From: Eledone cirrhosa
Taxonomy: Eukaryota
Assembly: GCA_964016885.1 (NCBI GenBank)
Contig: OZ024747.1
Location: 83,824,001-83,888,000 of the forward strand
Reading direction: 5' to 3'
Length of the DNA stretch: 64,000 nucleotides
The notes below the pieces were generated by a model. It saw only the letters and a list, made by a program, of their open reading frames with translations, made no database searches and was not told the origin of the DNA. Both the position numbers and the translations under genes were made by a program. Within the stretch, counting starts at the first letter, position 1, and the number at the start of each line of letters is the position of its first letter. Below are positions 23,103 through 36,046 of this stretch, piece after piece.

Positions 23103-23776
23103 CTCTTTGTATGTTAATGTACGCGTGTGTATGTGTGTGTGTATATATGTGTGTGTGTGAGAATGTGTGTGGTGTGTGGGTGGACCAGTATTTTTGTGAT
23201 ACTGGTAAAAATGGTATACATTATTCGATATTTTCAGTAAAAACGATTCTCTCAATAGAACATCAAAAACCTTAATAATAAAAGGTGTGAAATGATATAT
23301 AGTATTGGCATAATACCAAGGTGTGTGTGAGTGTCCAGATTGTACGTACTGCAAGGGGAATCCATTAGGCCTTGCCGTATTGGAATACTTGTGTACAAAT
23401 ATGTATGTGCCCATCAGTGTGCAATGCATGTGTGCGTATATGTATGTGTGTGTGTCGGCATGTTTATATCTATAGACATCAAAAGGTATGCAAATTTGTG
23501 TATATTTGTGTTGCACCATAGAACATGTGTGTTTACGTATGTCATTGTGTTTATATATGGATAGAGATGTATGCTGATGTAGGTATGTATGTTGACGTGT
23601 ATATGTTGTGGGTTCGTCTTAGGGAGAAGTGTTTAGACGGGGTCCGTATTTGTTAATAAAGTGAGATTCCTTGCTGATGCGCTGGGTGTGGGTGGCATTA
23701 TTTTTAAATTTGTAGAGGGGAAAGATTCTGAAGTTGGGATGATTTTGGGTGGCACAGGTATCAATGTGTTCACTCA
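22420..23776 (-). mobile_element. Penelope-like element 3' remnant with GIY-YIG C-terminal peptide
   Basis: 23619-23776 encodes SEHIDTCATQNHPNFRIFPLYKFKNNATHTQRISKESHFINKYGPRLN, the PLE-type H..F.I..R..E..I..P.LN pattern; bounded by (TA)n; homolog of 1-1020. Confidence 0.65.
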
Positions 23777-23982
23777 TATATATATATATATATATGGTAT
23801 ATATAACAAGGAAAATCTGGTAAGAAACTAGGTGGACCATAACGCACCAGAGTACGCGATACTTAGGGTAGTAGAGTGGGTAATAGGAAAAGAGTCATGA
23901 CCCCAACGGCTGAGCTCTGTCCGTTTCAGCTGTCGAAACGGCCGGAGCTCAGCCGTCGGGTTCCTGACTCTTTTCCTATATG

Positions 23983-24033
<51 letters not shown>

Positions 24034-24079
24034 TGACCCTAATATTACTGTATAATTTTGTTTCCTGTGTTTTGTTTTG

Positions 24080-24117
<38 letters not shown>

Positions 24118-24397
24118 TTAATTTTGTAAACTTGCCATTAAAATTATTTTATTTTGGAGAAGGTGGCATATAACTGGGAGAAAGGTGGCATAGTTTAGAG
24201 TTAGTCAAGGGCGCTAAATACCCATCTTTGTGATCTTCAGTGTATGTGAAAAGTCAGTATTCTAAACTTAATCCAATTTCCTATATCACTCAACATTTAA
24301 GTCTATTAAACAAATTCCACGGTTTTATTAACTCATCGTTCCTTGTGGAGGGTAGTTCTTTCCGGCAAACACTGTGATTACATCATTTTTCACATCG

Positions 24398-24500
24398 TTG
24401 TTATTGTTGCTGCTACTGCAGTTGTTGTTGTTGTTGCTGCTGCTACTGTTGTTGTTGTTGTTGTTGTTGTTGCTGCTACTGCTGTTGTTGTTGTTTTTGT

Positions 24501-24532
<32 letters not shown>

Positions 24533-24672
24533 TTATTGCTGCTACTGCTACTGTTGTTGTTGTTGTTGTTGTTGCTACTGCTGCTGTTGTTGTTGTTGTT
24601 GTTACTGTTGCGGTTGCTATTGCTGCTGCTGTTGTTGTTGTTGCTGCTGCTACTGTTGTTGTTGGTGGTGGT
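24398..24672. repeat. (GTT/GCT)n trinucleotide microsatellite
   Basis: Direct reading. Confidence 0.95.
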
Positions 24673-24807
24673 GTTTATAACGGTTCTTGGCTGAAAATAA
24701 ATAAATAGTTCAATTAAAGGAAATCATATAAACAAATTCACAAGCAAATATATACACAAGCAAATATATACATAAGCAAATATATACATAAGCAAATATA
24801 TACACAT

Positions 24808-25255
24808 GCCAACACACACACACACACCAACACACGCCAACACACGCCAACACACACCAACACACACCAACACATGCCAACACACACCAACACACACCAA
24901 CACACGCCAACACGCACCAACACACGCCAACACACACCAACACACACCAACACACGCCAACACACACCAACACACACCAACACATGCCAACACACACCAA
25001 CACACACCAACACACGCCAACACGCACCAACACACGCCAACACACACCAACACACACCAACACACACCAACACATGCCAACACACACCAACACACGCCAA
25101 CACACGCCAACACACACCAACACACACCAACACATGCCAACACACACCAACACACGCCAACACGCACCAACACGCACCAACACACACCAACACACACCAA
25201 CACACACCAACACACGCCAACACACACCAACACACGCCAACACACGCCAACACAG
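24808..25255. repeat. 10-bp minisatellite CCAACAC(ACA/ACG/ATG/GCA) x~45, preceded by a 16-bp x4 array (24741-24805)
   Basis: CCAA ends every 10-base block. Confidence 0.95.
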
Positions 25256-25364
25256 ACGCGCACATGCAACATAGTTCTCACTTCTTCTTTTCGTATCTTC
25301 GAAGCATCTGGTTATATGACAGTTTCCCCTTTCTTTACACAGTCCTTTGCATTATTATTAAATA

Positions 25365-25558
25365 GGGCGGTGGATTGGCAGTATCGGTAGAGGGTCGGAC
25401 GCCATGCTTTCCAGCATAGTTACGTCCCTTTACGATCTGAGTTCAAATCCCGCCGAGGTTGACTTTGCCTTTCATCCTTACGGGGTCGATAAAATAAAGT
25501 ACCAGTAATGAACTGGGTATTTGCTGGCCTTGTGACTAAAGTAGAAACAATTATTATT
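25365..25558 (+). mobile_element. tRNA-head SINE with Deu/Nin-like core and (ATT)n tail
   Basis: A-box TGGCAGTATCGG, B-box GAGTTCAAATCC, core GACTTTGCCTTTCATCCTTACGGGGTCGATAAAATAAAGTACCAG, tail AAAGTAGAAACAATTATT. Confidence 0.85.
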
Positions 25559-25559
25559 A

Positions 25560-26425
25560 AATTCTGCGAGATCTTTTAAGCTGCACTGGTTGGGTAGTAG
25601 AGGGCAAACAAGGCAGGGCTGCATCGTGTGGTCCTCCTCTCCGCATTCGCAGATGGTTGGGTAGTAGAGGGCAAACAAGGCAGTGCTGCATCGTGTGGTC
25701 CTCCTCTCCGCATTCACAGATGGTTGGGTAGTAGAGGGCAAACAAGGCAGGGCTGCATCGTGTGGTCCTCCTCTCTGCATTCACAGATGGTTGGGTAGTA
25801 GAGGGCAAACAAGGCAGTGCTGCATCGTGTGGTCCTCCTCTCTGCATTCACAGATGGTTGGGTAGTAGAGGGCAAACAAGGCAGTGCTGCATCGTGTGGT
25901 CCTCCTCTCTGCATTCACAGATGGTTGGGTAGTAGAGGGCAAACAAGGCAGTGCTGCATCGTGTGGTCCTCCTCTCTGCATTCACAGATGGTTGGGTAGT
26001 AGAGGGCAAACAAGGCAGTGCTGCATCGTGTGGTCCTCCTCTCTGCATTCACAGATGGTTGGGTAGTAGAGGGCAAACAAGGCAGTGCTGCATCGTGTGG
26101 TCCTCCTCTCTGCATTCACAGATGGTTGGGTAGTAGAGGGCAAACAAGGCAGTGCTGCATCGTGTGGTCCTCCTCTCTGCATTCACAGATGGTTGGGTAG
26201 TAGAGGGCAAACAAGGCAGTGCTGCATCGTGTGGTCCTCCTCTCTGCATTCACAGATGGTTGGGTAGTAGAGGGCAAACAAGGCAGTGCTGCATCGTGTG
26301 GTCCTCCTCTCCGCATTCGCTGATGGTTGGGCCGGTCTTGTAGCCCCATCTGGCCACAGCAGCTTTTGATCGCCCCATTCCTGTTCTCAGGTGGTTGAGT
26401 GTCTTCCACTGGACCCAAAATGCTT
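25560..26425 (-). mobile_element. LINE ORF 3' remnant (C-terminal Cys/His finger) carrying a 67-bp tandem array x~11 (25588-26330)
   Basis: With the array collapsed it reads WVQWKTLNHLRTGMGRSKAAVARWGYKTGPTI(C/S)ECGEEDHTMQHCLVCPLLPNQCSLKDLAEFN; 67-bp period. Confidence 0.8.
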
Positions 26426-26447
26426 CTGAGCCATAATTATTTTATAC

Positions 26448-26555
26448 GCCGGGGTTAACTTTGCCTTCCATCCTTACGGGGTCGATAAAATAAAGTACCA
26501 GTAATACACTGGGATAATTGCTGGCCCTGTGCCAAAAGTAGAAAAAATTATTTTA
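26448..26555 (+). mobile_element. 5'-truncated Deu/Nin-like SINE
   Basis: Core and tail match 25365-25558. Confidence 0.8.
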
Positions 26556-26623
26556 TAATCAAAACGATCATACACATTACAGATACGTTCACACAATCGC
26601 AAACAAATCGATACGCTCTCAAT

Positions 26624-26665
<42 letters not shown>

Positions 26666-26796
26666 GTGTGACCAAAAGTTAAACAAGGTTCATTGATTAA
26701 TCAATAAATATAATTTTACGATAGATTAGAAGCTCTCAATACTGCCAAGACTGGAATTGAACCATCAGCACAGTTGAGGTATGTCATACATCAATT

Positions 26797-26868
26797 TATA
26801 TATTTTATCTGATGAGGACGTACTGAAAAAACAGCACAGTAGCTCCGAAATATATATAATAAAATATA
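26797..26868 (+). ncRNA. Minimal type I hammerhead ribozyme motif (Penelope-type)
   Basis: TATATTTTAT-CTGATGA-GGA..TACTG..CAGTA..TCC-GAAA-TATA-TA-TAATAAAATATA. Confidence 0.7.
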
Positions 26869-26908
26869 TTTTGATTACGTGAATGTCTATATTTATTAAT
26901 ATTTTGAA

Positions 26909-26939
<31 letters not shown>

Positions 26940-26995
26940 TTCGTTTCTGAATTTGTTTAGCAAGATTCTTTATCTGAAATCGTGTGTTGAAACCG

Positions 26996-27522
26996 ATATT
27001 GTTATACTTTGGGAGGGTCATGTTGCCAATAAGAAACACACGCACCAGTTGCTTTCACTTCAATTTAATTTAATATATATTTATAAATTTACAAATTTAT
27101 AAATTTCTGGTTGGTTGGTTGGTTCCACAACCAGATAGTTGTTTATATATATATATAGTCATAGTTCTTTCGTCACACACTCTGTGACCTCTTCAGTGAC
27201 TGGGGATTTCTTTCTTCGTTTCTGTGCCTTTCCTTTCTTCTATCCTACGCCATTTTGTTTCAAAATGGCGTAGGATAGAAGAAAGGAAAGGCACAGAAAC
27301 GAAGAAAGAAATCCCCAGTCACTGAAGAGGTCACAGAGTGTGTGACGAAAGAACTATGACTATATATATATATAAACAACTATCTGGTTGTGGAACCAAC
27401 CAACCAACCAGAAATTTATAAATTTGTAAATTTATAAATATATATTAAATTAAATTGAAGTGAAAGCAACTGGTGCGTGTGTTTCTTATTGGCAACATGA
27501 CCCTCCCAAAGTATAACAATAT
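26996..27522. repeat. Perfect 527-bp palindrome (262-bp arms, TTT loop at 27258-27260)
   Basis: By eye the arms are exact reverse complements: ...CCTACGCCATTTTG TTT CAAAATGGCGTAGG... Confidence 0.95.
27317..27361 (+). ncRNA. Minimal hammerhead motif (mirror copy at 27157-27201 on the minus strand)
   Basis: AGTCA-CTGAAGA-G-GTCACA-GAGTG-TGTGAC-GAAA-GAAC-TA-TGACT. Confidence 0.7.
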
Positions 27523-27745
27523 ATATATATATATAAACTTTAATTAGTTAGCTATGTGTGCTTACACACTTTACAAATTATTCCCTGAGATTGTTTCATG
27601 TGTTTATTTTATATATATATCTGTCAATCTATTTCTAGTTGATATAAAATGCTCGGAACTATTCATTAGAATCTTTGAGCTTATTCTGCAGTGAATATGG
27701 CGCATGTCTCTCAGACATGGCAACCTTACCTTAATTTAATTTTGG

Positions 27746-27789
<44 letters not shown>

Positions 27790-27793
<4 letters not shown>

Positions 27794-27903
27794 GGTGTCC
27801 CCCAAAAATATATACACACTTCAACAGCATTCTAACGTGTATTGCTTGTTCAAGTAATCAAAGTACGTATACATTTTTGTGGAGGGGGGGGGGGGGTACC
27901 CTA
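27790..27903. mobile_element. Tc1/mariner-type MITE in (TA)n (second copy at 34511-34610)
   Basis: TIR CAGGGTGTCCC..AAAA..TATACAC / GTATACATTTTTGGGACACCCTG, flanked by TA. Confidence 0.65.
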
Positions 27904-27957
27904 TATATATCCCTTCACCTACTCTCTCTCTCCCTCACTCTCTCGCCCTCTCTCTAA

Positions 27958-30900
27958 CCATACAGCTCCCCCACTCTCTCCACCATACAGCTCCCTCACT
28001 CTCTCCACCATACAGCCCCCCCACTCTCTCCACCATACAGCTCCCCCACTCTCGCCACCATACAGCCCCCCCACTCTCTCCACCATACAGCTCCCCCACT
28101 CTCGCCACCATACAGCTCCCCCACTCTCGCCTATACAGCCCCCCCACTCTCTCCACCATACAGCCCCCCCACTCTCTCCACCATACAGCCCCCCCACTCT
28201 CTCCACCATACAGCTCCCCCACTCTCGCCACCATACAGCTCCCCCACTCTCTCCACCATACAGCTCCCCCACTCTCGCCACCATACAGCCCCCCCACTCT
28301 CTCCACCATACAGCCCCCCCACTCTCTCCACCATACAGCCCCCCCACTCTCTCCACCATACAGCCCCCCCACTCTCTCCACCATACAGCCCCCCCACTCT
28401 CTCCACCATACAGCCCCCCCCACTCTCTCCACCATACAGCTCCCCACTCTCGCCACCATACAGCTCCCCCACTCTCGCCACCATACAGCTCCCCCACTCT
28501 CGCCACCATACAGCTCCCCCTCTCTCTCCACTATACAGCTCCTCCACTCTCGCCTATACAGCTCCCCCACTCTCGCCACCATACAGCTCCCCCACTCTCG
28601 CCACCATACAGCTCCCCCTCTCTCTCCACCATACAGCTCCTCCACTCTCGCCTATACAGCTCCCCCACTCTCTCCACCATACAGCTCCCCCACTCTCGCC
28701 ACCATACAGCTGCCTCTCTCTCTCCACCATACAGCTCCCTCACTCTCGCCACCATACAGCTCCCCCACTCTCGCCACCATACAGCTCCCCCACTCTCGCC
28801 ACCATACAGCTCCCCCTCTCTCTCCACCATACAGCTCCTCCACTCTCGCCTATACAGCTCCCCCACTCTCTCCACCATACAGCTCCCCCTCTCTCTCCAC
28901 CATACAGCTCCCTCACTCTCTACACCATACAGCCCCCCCACTCTCTCCACCATACAGCCCTCCCACTCTCTCCACCATACAGCTCCCCCTCTCTCTCCAC
29001 CATACAGCTCCTCCACTCTCGCCTATACAGCTCCCCCACTCTCGCCACCATACAGCTCCCCCTCTCTCTCCACCATACAGCTCCCCCACTCTCTCCACCA
29101 TACAGCTCCCCCTCTCTCTCCACCATACAGCTCCCCCTCTCTCTCCAGCATACAGCTCCCCCACTCTCTCCACCATACAGCTCCCCCACTCTCGCCACCA
29201 TACAGCTCCCCCTCTCTCTCCACCATACAGCTCCCCCACTCTCGCCACCATACAGCTCCCCCTCTCTCTCCACCATACAGCTCCCCCACTCTCTCCACCA
29301 TACAGCTCCCCCTCTCTCTCCACCATACAGCTCCCCCTCTCTCTCCAGCATACAGCTCCCCCACTCTCTCCACCATACAGCTCCCCCACTCTTGCCACCA
29401 TACAGCTCCCCCTCTCTCTCCACCATACAGCTCCCCCACTCTCGCCACCATACAGCTCCCCCTCTCTCTCCACCATACAGCTCCCCCACTCTCGCCACCA
29501 TACAGCTCCCCCTCTCTCTCCACCATACAGCTCCCCCACTCTCTCCACCATACAGCTCCCCCTCTCTCTCCACCATACAGCTCCCCCTCTCTCTCCAGCA
29601 TACAGCTCCCCCACTCTCTCCACCATACAGCTCCCCCACTCTCGCCACCATACAGCTCCCCCACTCTCTCCACCATACAGCTCCCCCTCTCTCGCCACCA
29701 TACAGCTCCCCCACTCTCTCCACCATACAGCTCCCCCACTCTCTCCACCATACAGCTCCCCCACTCTCGCCACCATACAGCTCCCCCTCTCTCTCCACCA
29801 TACAGCTCCCCCACTCTCGCCTATACAGCTCCCCCACTCTCGCCACCATACAGCTCCCCCACTCTCTCCACCATACAGCTCCCCCACTCTCGCCTATACA
29901 GCTCCCCCACTCTCGCCTATACAGCTCCCCCACTCTCGCCTATACAGCTCCCCCACTCTCGCCACCATACAGCTCCCCCACTCTCGCCACCATACAGCTC
30001 CCCCACTCTCTCCACCATACAGCTCCCCCACTCTCTCCACCATACAGCTCCCCCACTCTCGCCACCATACAGCTCCCCCACTCTCGCCACCATACAGCTC
30101 CCCCACTCTCGCCACCATACAGCTCCCCCACTCTCTCCACCATACAGCTCCCCCACTCTCGCCACCATACAGCTCCCCCACTCTCGCCACCATACAGCTC
30201 CCCCACTCTCTCCACCATACAGCTCCCCCACTCTCTCCACCATACAGCTCCCCCACTCTCTCCACCATACAGCTCCCCCACTCTCGCCACCATACAGCTC
30301 CCCCACTCTCGCCACCATACAGCTCCCCCACTCTCTCCACCATACAGCTCCCCCACTCTCGCCACCATACAGCTCCCCCTCTCTCGCCACCATACAGCTC
30401 CCCCTCTCTCGCCACCATACAGCTCCCCCTCTCTCTCCACCATACAGCTCCCCCACTCTCGCCACCATACAGCTCCCCCACTCTCGCCACCATACAGCTC
30501 CCCCACTCTCGCCACCATACAGCTCCCCCTCTCTCTCCACCATACAGCTCCCCCACTCTCGCCACCATACAGCTCCCCCACTCTCTCCACCATACAGCTC
30601 CCCCACTCTCGCCACCATACAGCTCCCCCTCTCTCTCCACCATACAGCTCCCCCACTCTCGCCACCATACAGCTCCCCCACTCTCGCCTATACAGCTCCC
30701 CCTCTCTCTCCACCATACAGCTCCTCCTCTCTCGCCACCATACAGCTCCCCCCCACTCTCTCCACCATACAACTCCCCCTCTCTCTCCACCATACAGCTC
30801 CCCCACTTTCTCCACCATACAGCTCCCCCACTCTCGCCACCATACAGCTCCCCCACTTTCTCCACCATACAGCTCCCCCACTCTCGCCACCATACAGCTC

Positions 30901-32882
30901 CCCCACTCTCTCCACCATACAGCTCCCCCACTCTCGCCACCATACAGCTCCCCCACTCTCGCCACCATACAGCTCCCCCACTCTCTCCACCATACAGCTC
31001 CCCCACTCTCGCCACCATACAGCTCCCCCACTCTCGCCACCATACAGCTCCCCCACTCTCTCCACCATACAGCTCCCCCACTCTCTCCACCATACAGCTC
31101 CCCCACTCTCTCCACCATACAGCTCCCCCACTCTCGCCACCATACAGCTCCCCCACTCTCGCCACCATACAGCTCCCCCACTCTCTCCACCATACAGCTC
31201 CCCCACTCTCGCCACCATACAGCTCCCCCTCTCTCGCCACCATACAGCTCCCCCTCTCTCGCCACCATACAGCTCCCCCTCTCTCTCCACCATACAGCTC
31301 CCCCACTCTCGCCACCATACAGCTCCCCCACTCTCGCCACCATACAGCTCCCCCACTCTCGCCACCATACAGCTCCCCCTCTCTCTCCACCATACAGCTC
31401 CCCCACTCTCGCCACCATACAGCTCCCCCACTCTCTCCACCATACAGCTCCCCCACTCTCGCCACCATACAGCTCCCCCTCTCTCTCCACCATACAGCTC
31501 CCCCACTCTCGCCACCATACAGCTCCCCCACTCTCGCCTATACAGCTCCCCCTCTCTCTCCACCATACAGCTCCTCCTCTCTCGCCACCATACAGCTCCC
31601 CCCCACTCTCTCCACCATACAACTCCCCCTCTCTCTCCACCATACAGCTCCCCCACTTTCTCCACCATACAGCTCCCCCACTCTCGCCACCATACAGCTC
31701 CCCCACTTTCTCCACCATACAGCTCCCCCACTCTCGCCACCATACAGCTCCCCCACTCTCTCCACCATACAGCTCCCCCACTCTCGCCACCATACAGCTC
31801 CCCCACTCTCGCCACCATACAGCTCCCCCCACTCTCTCCACCATACAGCTCCCCCACTCTCTCCACCATACAGCTCCCCCACTTTCTCCACCATACAGCT
31901 CCCCCACTCTCTCCACCATACAGCTCCCCCACTCTCGCCACCATACAGCTCCCCCACTCTCTCCACCATACAGCTCCCCCCCACTCTCTCCACCATACAG
32001 CTCCCCCACTCTCTCCACCATACAGCTCCCCCACTCTCTCCACCATACAGCTCCCCCACTCTCTCCACCATACAGCTCCCCCACTTTCTCCACCATACAG
32101 CTCCCCCACTCTCTCCACCATACAGCTCCCCCACTCTCGCCACTATACAGCTCCCCCACTCTCTCCACCATACAGCTCCCCCACTCTCTCCACCATACAG
32201 CTCCCCCACTCTCTCCACCATACAGCTCCCCCTCTCTCTCCACCATACAGCTCCCCCCCCACTCTCTCCACCATACAGCTCCCCCACTCTCTCCACCATA
32301 CAGCTCCCCCACTCTCTCCACCATACAGCTCCCCCACTCTCTCCACCATACAGCTCCCCCTCTCTCTCCACCATACAGCTCCCCCACTCTCTCCACCATA
32401 CAGCTCCCCCACTCTCTCCACCATACAGCTCCCCCTCTCTCTCCACCATACAGCTCCCCCCCCACTCTCTCCACCATACAGCTCCCCCACTCTCTCCACC
32501 ATACAGCTCCCCCACTCTCTCCACCATACAGCTCCCCCACTCTCTCCACCATACAGCTCCCCCCCCACTCTCTCCACCATACAGCTCCCCCACTCTCTCC
32601 ACCATACAGCTCCCCCACTCTCTCCACCATACAGCTCCCCCTCTCTCTCCACCATACAGCTCCCCCCCCACTCTCTCCACCATACAGCTCCCCCACTCTC
32701 TCCACCATACAGCTCCCCCACTCTCGCCACCATACAGCTCCCCCACTCTCTCCACCATACAGCTCCCCCTCTCTCTCCACCATACAGCTCCCCCACTCTC
32801 TCCACCATACAGCTCCCCCACTCTCTCCACCATACAGCTCCCCCTCTCTCTCCACCATACAGCTCCCCCTCTCTCTCCACCA
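27958..32882. repeat. 25-bp minisatellite CCATACAGCTCCCCCACTCTC(T/G)CCA, ~4.9 kb, ~200 units
   Basis: Two units per 50 bases; 22-bp deletion variants; internal 850-bp block duplication. Confidence 0.97.
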
Positions 32883-33137
32883 CCACCACCTCTATACATC
32901 CACCCCAAAACTGCCAGATATCTATAATATATTATATCGAGAGATGGTTGTATAAAAATATTGCAGGGGTGCCGGAAATTGGGAGATGGGGGGGGGGGGA
33001 GATTTAAAGGAAGAAGGGGCCAGATTTAAAGGAAGAAGGGGCCAGAGAGAGAAACCGAGGAAGAAAGATTACATACATACATGTGTGAAGAAGAAAAACC
33101 TTAGATTAGGATATTTAATCTGTTATTTTAATAAATA

Positions 33138-33170
<33 letters not shown>

Positions 33171-33402
33171 TTACTTATATATACATATACATGTATATAT
33201 GTGTATGTATATACATATATATATATATATATATATACATATGTGTGTGCGCGCGAGCGTGTGTGTTTGCTTGAATATATATATTTGTATATCTATATAT
33301 ATGCATACACATATATACATACACACGCACATACACACACACATACATACATACACACACACACACACACTCTCTCTCTCCAATTCTCTCTCTCACACAC
33401 AT

Positions 33403-33461
<59 letters not shown>

Positions 33462-33714
33462 AATTGGTAAAGCAGTGAAAAAAGAAAGGGAAGATATAGT
33501 CTCTTAGGTTACTCCCGAAATAATATTGATATTTACTGGCTCAGGTGGGACGAATAAAAGCAGAGCTTGTCCCGAAGTTATTTAGCTGTAGAATGTGAAA
33601 TATCAAGGAAGTGTAGTGTCTAACCATGTATGAAATGGTGCCATTTATACAAATCTGAACTGCAATGCTGCTTTATTCTTATATTTATATCTTTATCACT
33701 CACTCTCGTTCTCT

Positions 33715-33908
33715 CAAACCTGTCAACGCTCCCCATCTTCCGGGGAGATCTCCCACCCACTTTGGGGTGGGTGAGAGATGTGTTCTCTTGTGAAAATGGG
33801 TATAGCTTTCATTATGTAAAATGTCCCCAATTTGTCTCATTTTTCCCCATTTTGGGAGCAATTTTTTTCACAGTACTCCCTGTTTGGATTTTTAGAGGTT
33901 GACAGGTC
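33715..33908. mobile_element. hAT-like MITE
   Basis: TIR ACCTGTCAAC / GTTGACAGGT; 8-bp direct repeat CGTTCTCT at 33707-33714 and 33909-33916. Confidence 0.65.
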
Positions 33909-34024
33909 CGTTCTCTGGAAGCATCCCTAAAACTGCAGCAAGGTAGAAAGAAAGGAATATAATAACATTTCTCAGCATGTAGTTCTCAAAGACAGTGTTC
34001 TCTTCTATTTGAACGTCATTGATA

Positions 34025-34208
34025 GCGGTGGTATGGCAGTATCGGTAGAGGGTCGGACGCCATGCTTTGTAGCATAGAGTTACGGCCCTTTATGATCCGA
34101 GTTCAAATCCCGCCGTGGTTAACTTTGCCTTTCATCCTTACGGGGTCGATAAAATAAAGTACCAGTAATACACTGGAATAATGTGCCAAAAGTAGAAACA
34201 ATTATTTT
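34025..34208 (+). mobile_element. Deu/Nin-like tRNA SINE
   Basis: A/B boxes, core and tail as at 25365. Confidence 0.85.
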
Positions 34209-34256
34209 AAAGTAGAAACAATTAATATGAAAATTACCTTGCCAAGCTTTCTACAG

Positions 34257-34389
34257 TCCGTGGCCAGATGAAGTGTTCCGGCCTGGAGAGGGATGGCATC
34301 CACCACATCTAGAAATGCTCAAGACACGTCGTATGTCACTACGGCACCCCTTACAGTTGCATCAGGAGTCAACAGGTTCATGTACATAG
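34257..34389 (+). CDS. Candidate host exon (PWPDEVFRPGEGWHPPHLEMLKTRRMSLRHPLQLHQESTG..)
   Basis: TTTCTACAG acceptor, open frame, non-repetitive balanced composition, VFRPGEG shared with 21334. Confidence 0.4.
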
Positions 34390-34448
34390 GTATATACCTA
34401 GTATTCATATTATCTATACCTCTATGTCTATGTACACGTATGTATATA

Positions 34449-34494
<46 letters not shown>

Positions 34495-34840
34495 TATGTA
34501 TATATATATAAAGGGTGTCCCCCAAAATTGTATACACACTTCAACAGCATTCTAATAAATAATGCCTGTACAGGTAAACAAAATGTGTATACATTTTTGG
34601 GACACCCTGTATATATATATATAGTAGAATAATCGAGAATCGGAATATCAGCCCACGAAATCACGATAAACAATATCCGATAAATGTGGCAGAGGGCTCA
34701 ATAATTTGGAAAATAAGCAAAGGGATATTTAATTTGTTGGTAATTCAACAAATATATATATATTTATAATTGATTCAGGAAAAACTTGAACCGTTAAGAT
34801 CTCGTCCCTGGATATGTCAATATTTATAAAACAAACTTTG

Positions 34841-34901
34841 TATTTTATCTGATGAGAGAGTACGAAAGTGTTGGTACCCTTGAAATATATATAATAGAAT
34901 A
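34841..34901 (+). ncRNA. Minimal hammerhead motif
   Basis: TATTTTAT-CTGATGA-GAGAGTAC..GTACCCTT-GAAA-TATA-TA-TAATAGAATA. Confidence 0.65.
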
Positions 34902-34942
34902 AATATGGTTTTATAAATATAGTTTCCATTTATTAATATTAT

Positions 34943-35003
<61 letters not shown>

Positions 35004-35084
35004 GGGTGTCCCAAATATATATATATATCATATATGTATGTATGAAATTTAAAATATATATATATATATAGTAATAATAATAAA

Positions 35085-35305
35085 TTTGAAGACTAAAATC
35101 CCAAACGGCTCGATAAGGATAAATATATATCAAATGTATATAAGAACCGTAGAGCAAATATTTATTAAAATAACAGATTAAAGTTTAAGCAAAGAATCGG
35201 TGCTTTCACCCTTGACGGGATCTTCTGAAACTTTCAGAAGATCCCGTTAAGGGTGAAAGCAGCGATTCTTTGCTTTAAACTTTAAGCTGTTATTTTAATA
35301 AATAT
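35085..35305. repeat. Fold-back element (palindrome ~35158-35304), same family as 1190-1390
   Basis: ...GGGATCTTCTGAAA C TTTCAGAAGATCCCG...; ~70-bp arms. Confidence 0.8.
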
Positions 35306-35488
35306 ATATATATATGTTTGTGTGCGTGGATGCGTGTGTATCTAACTCTCTCCTTACATCTCCTTCATCCCCCCCCCCCATACATATACTTCCTCTCAGC
35401 GCACATGGACCAAAATTCACGCAGGCACGCGCAAAGGTCATTAAATTGTAAATTATATCAATATATGGGTACTTAAATTAGTATATGG

Positions 35489-35559
<71 letters not shown>

Positions 35560-35570
35560 CATATATATTC

Positions 35571-35769
<199 letters not shown>

Positions 35770-35936
35770 AGAAATTGAGCGGAAAAAGGAAATATAGTCC
35801 ATATGGAGTATATTACCTTAAAAGATACGCCATATCAAAATGGAAAAATGATGAAGAAAAGGTGTCTTTCAGTAAATTTATGTTTATGAGTACACACGTA
35901 AATATATACGTAATCTATCCCTTCATATGCATACGT

Positions 35937-35969
<33 letters not shown>

Positions 35970-36046
35970 ATACACACACATACATACATACATACATACA
36001 TACACACATACACACACATATATATATATTATTAACATTACTATAA

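Noticed and set aside
19750-26330. CRISPR-like arrays (80-bp and 67-bp periodicities)
   Set aside because: No unique spacers; whole units repeat; eukaryotic context with no cas genes
27842-33007. 1100-1700-aa extensin-like ORFs
   Set aside because: Translation of a stop-free 25-bp minisatellite, open in all frames
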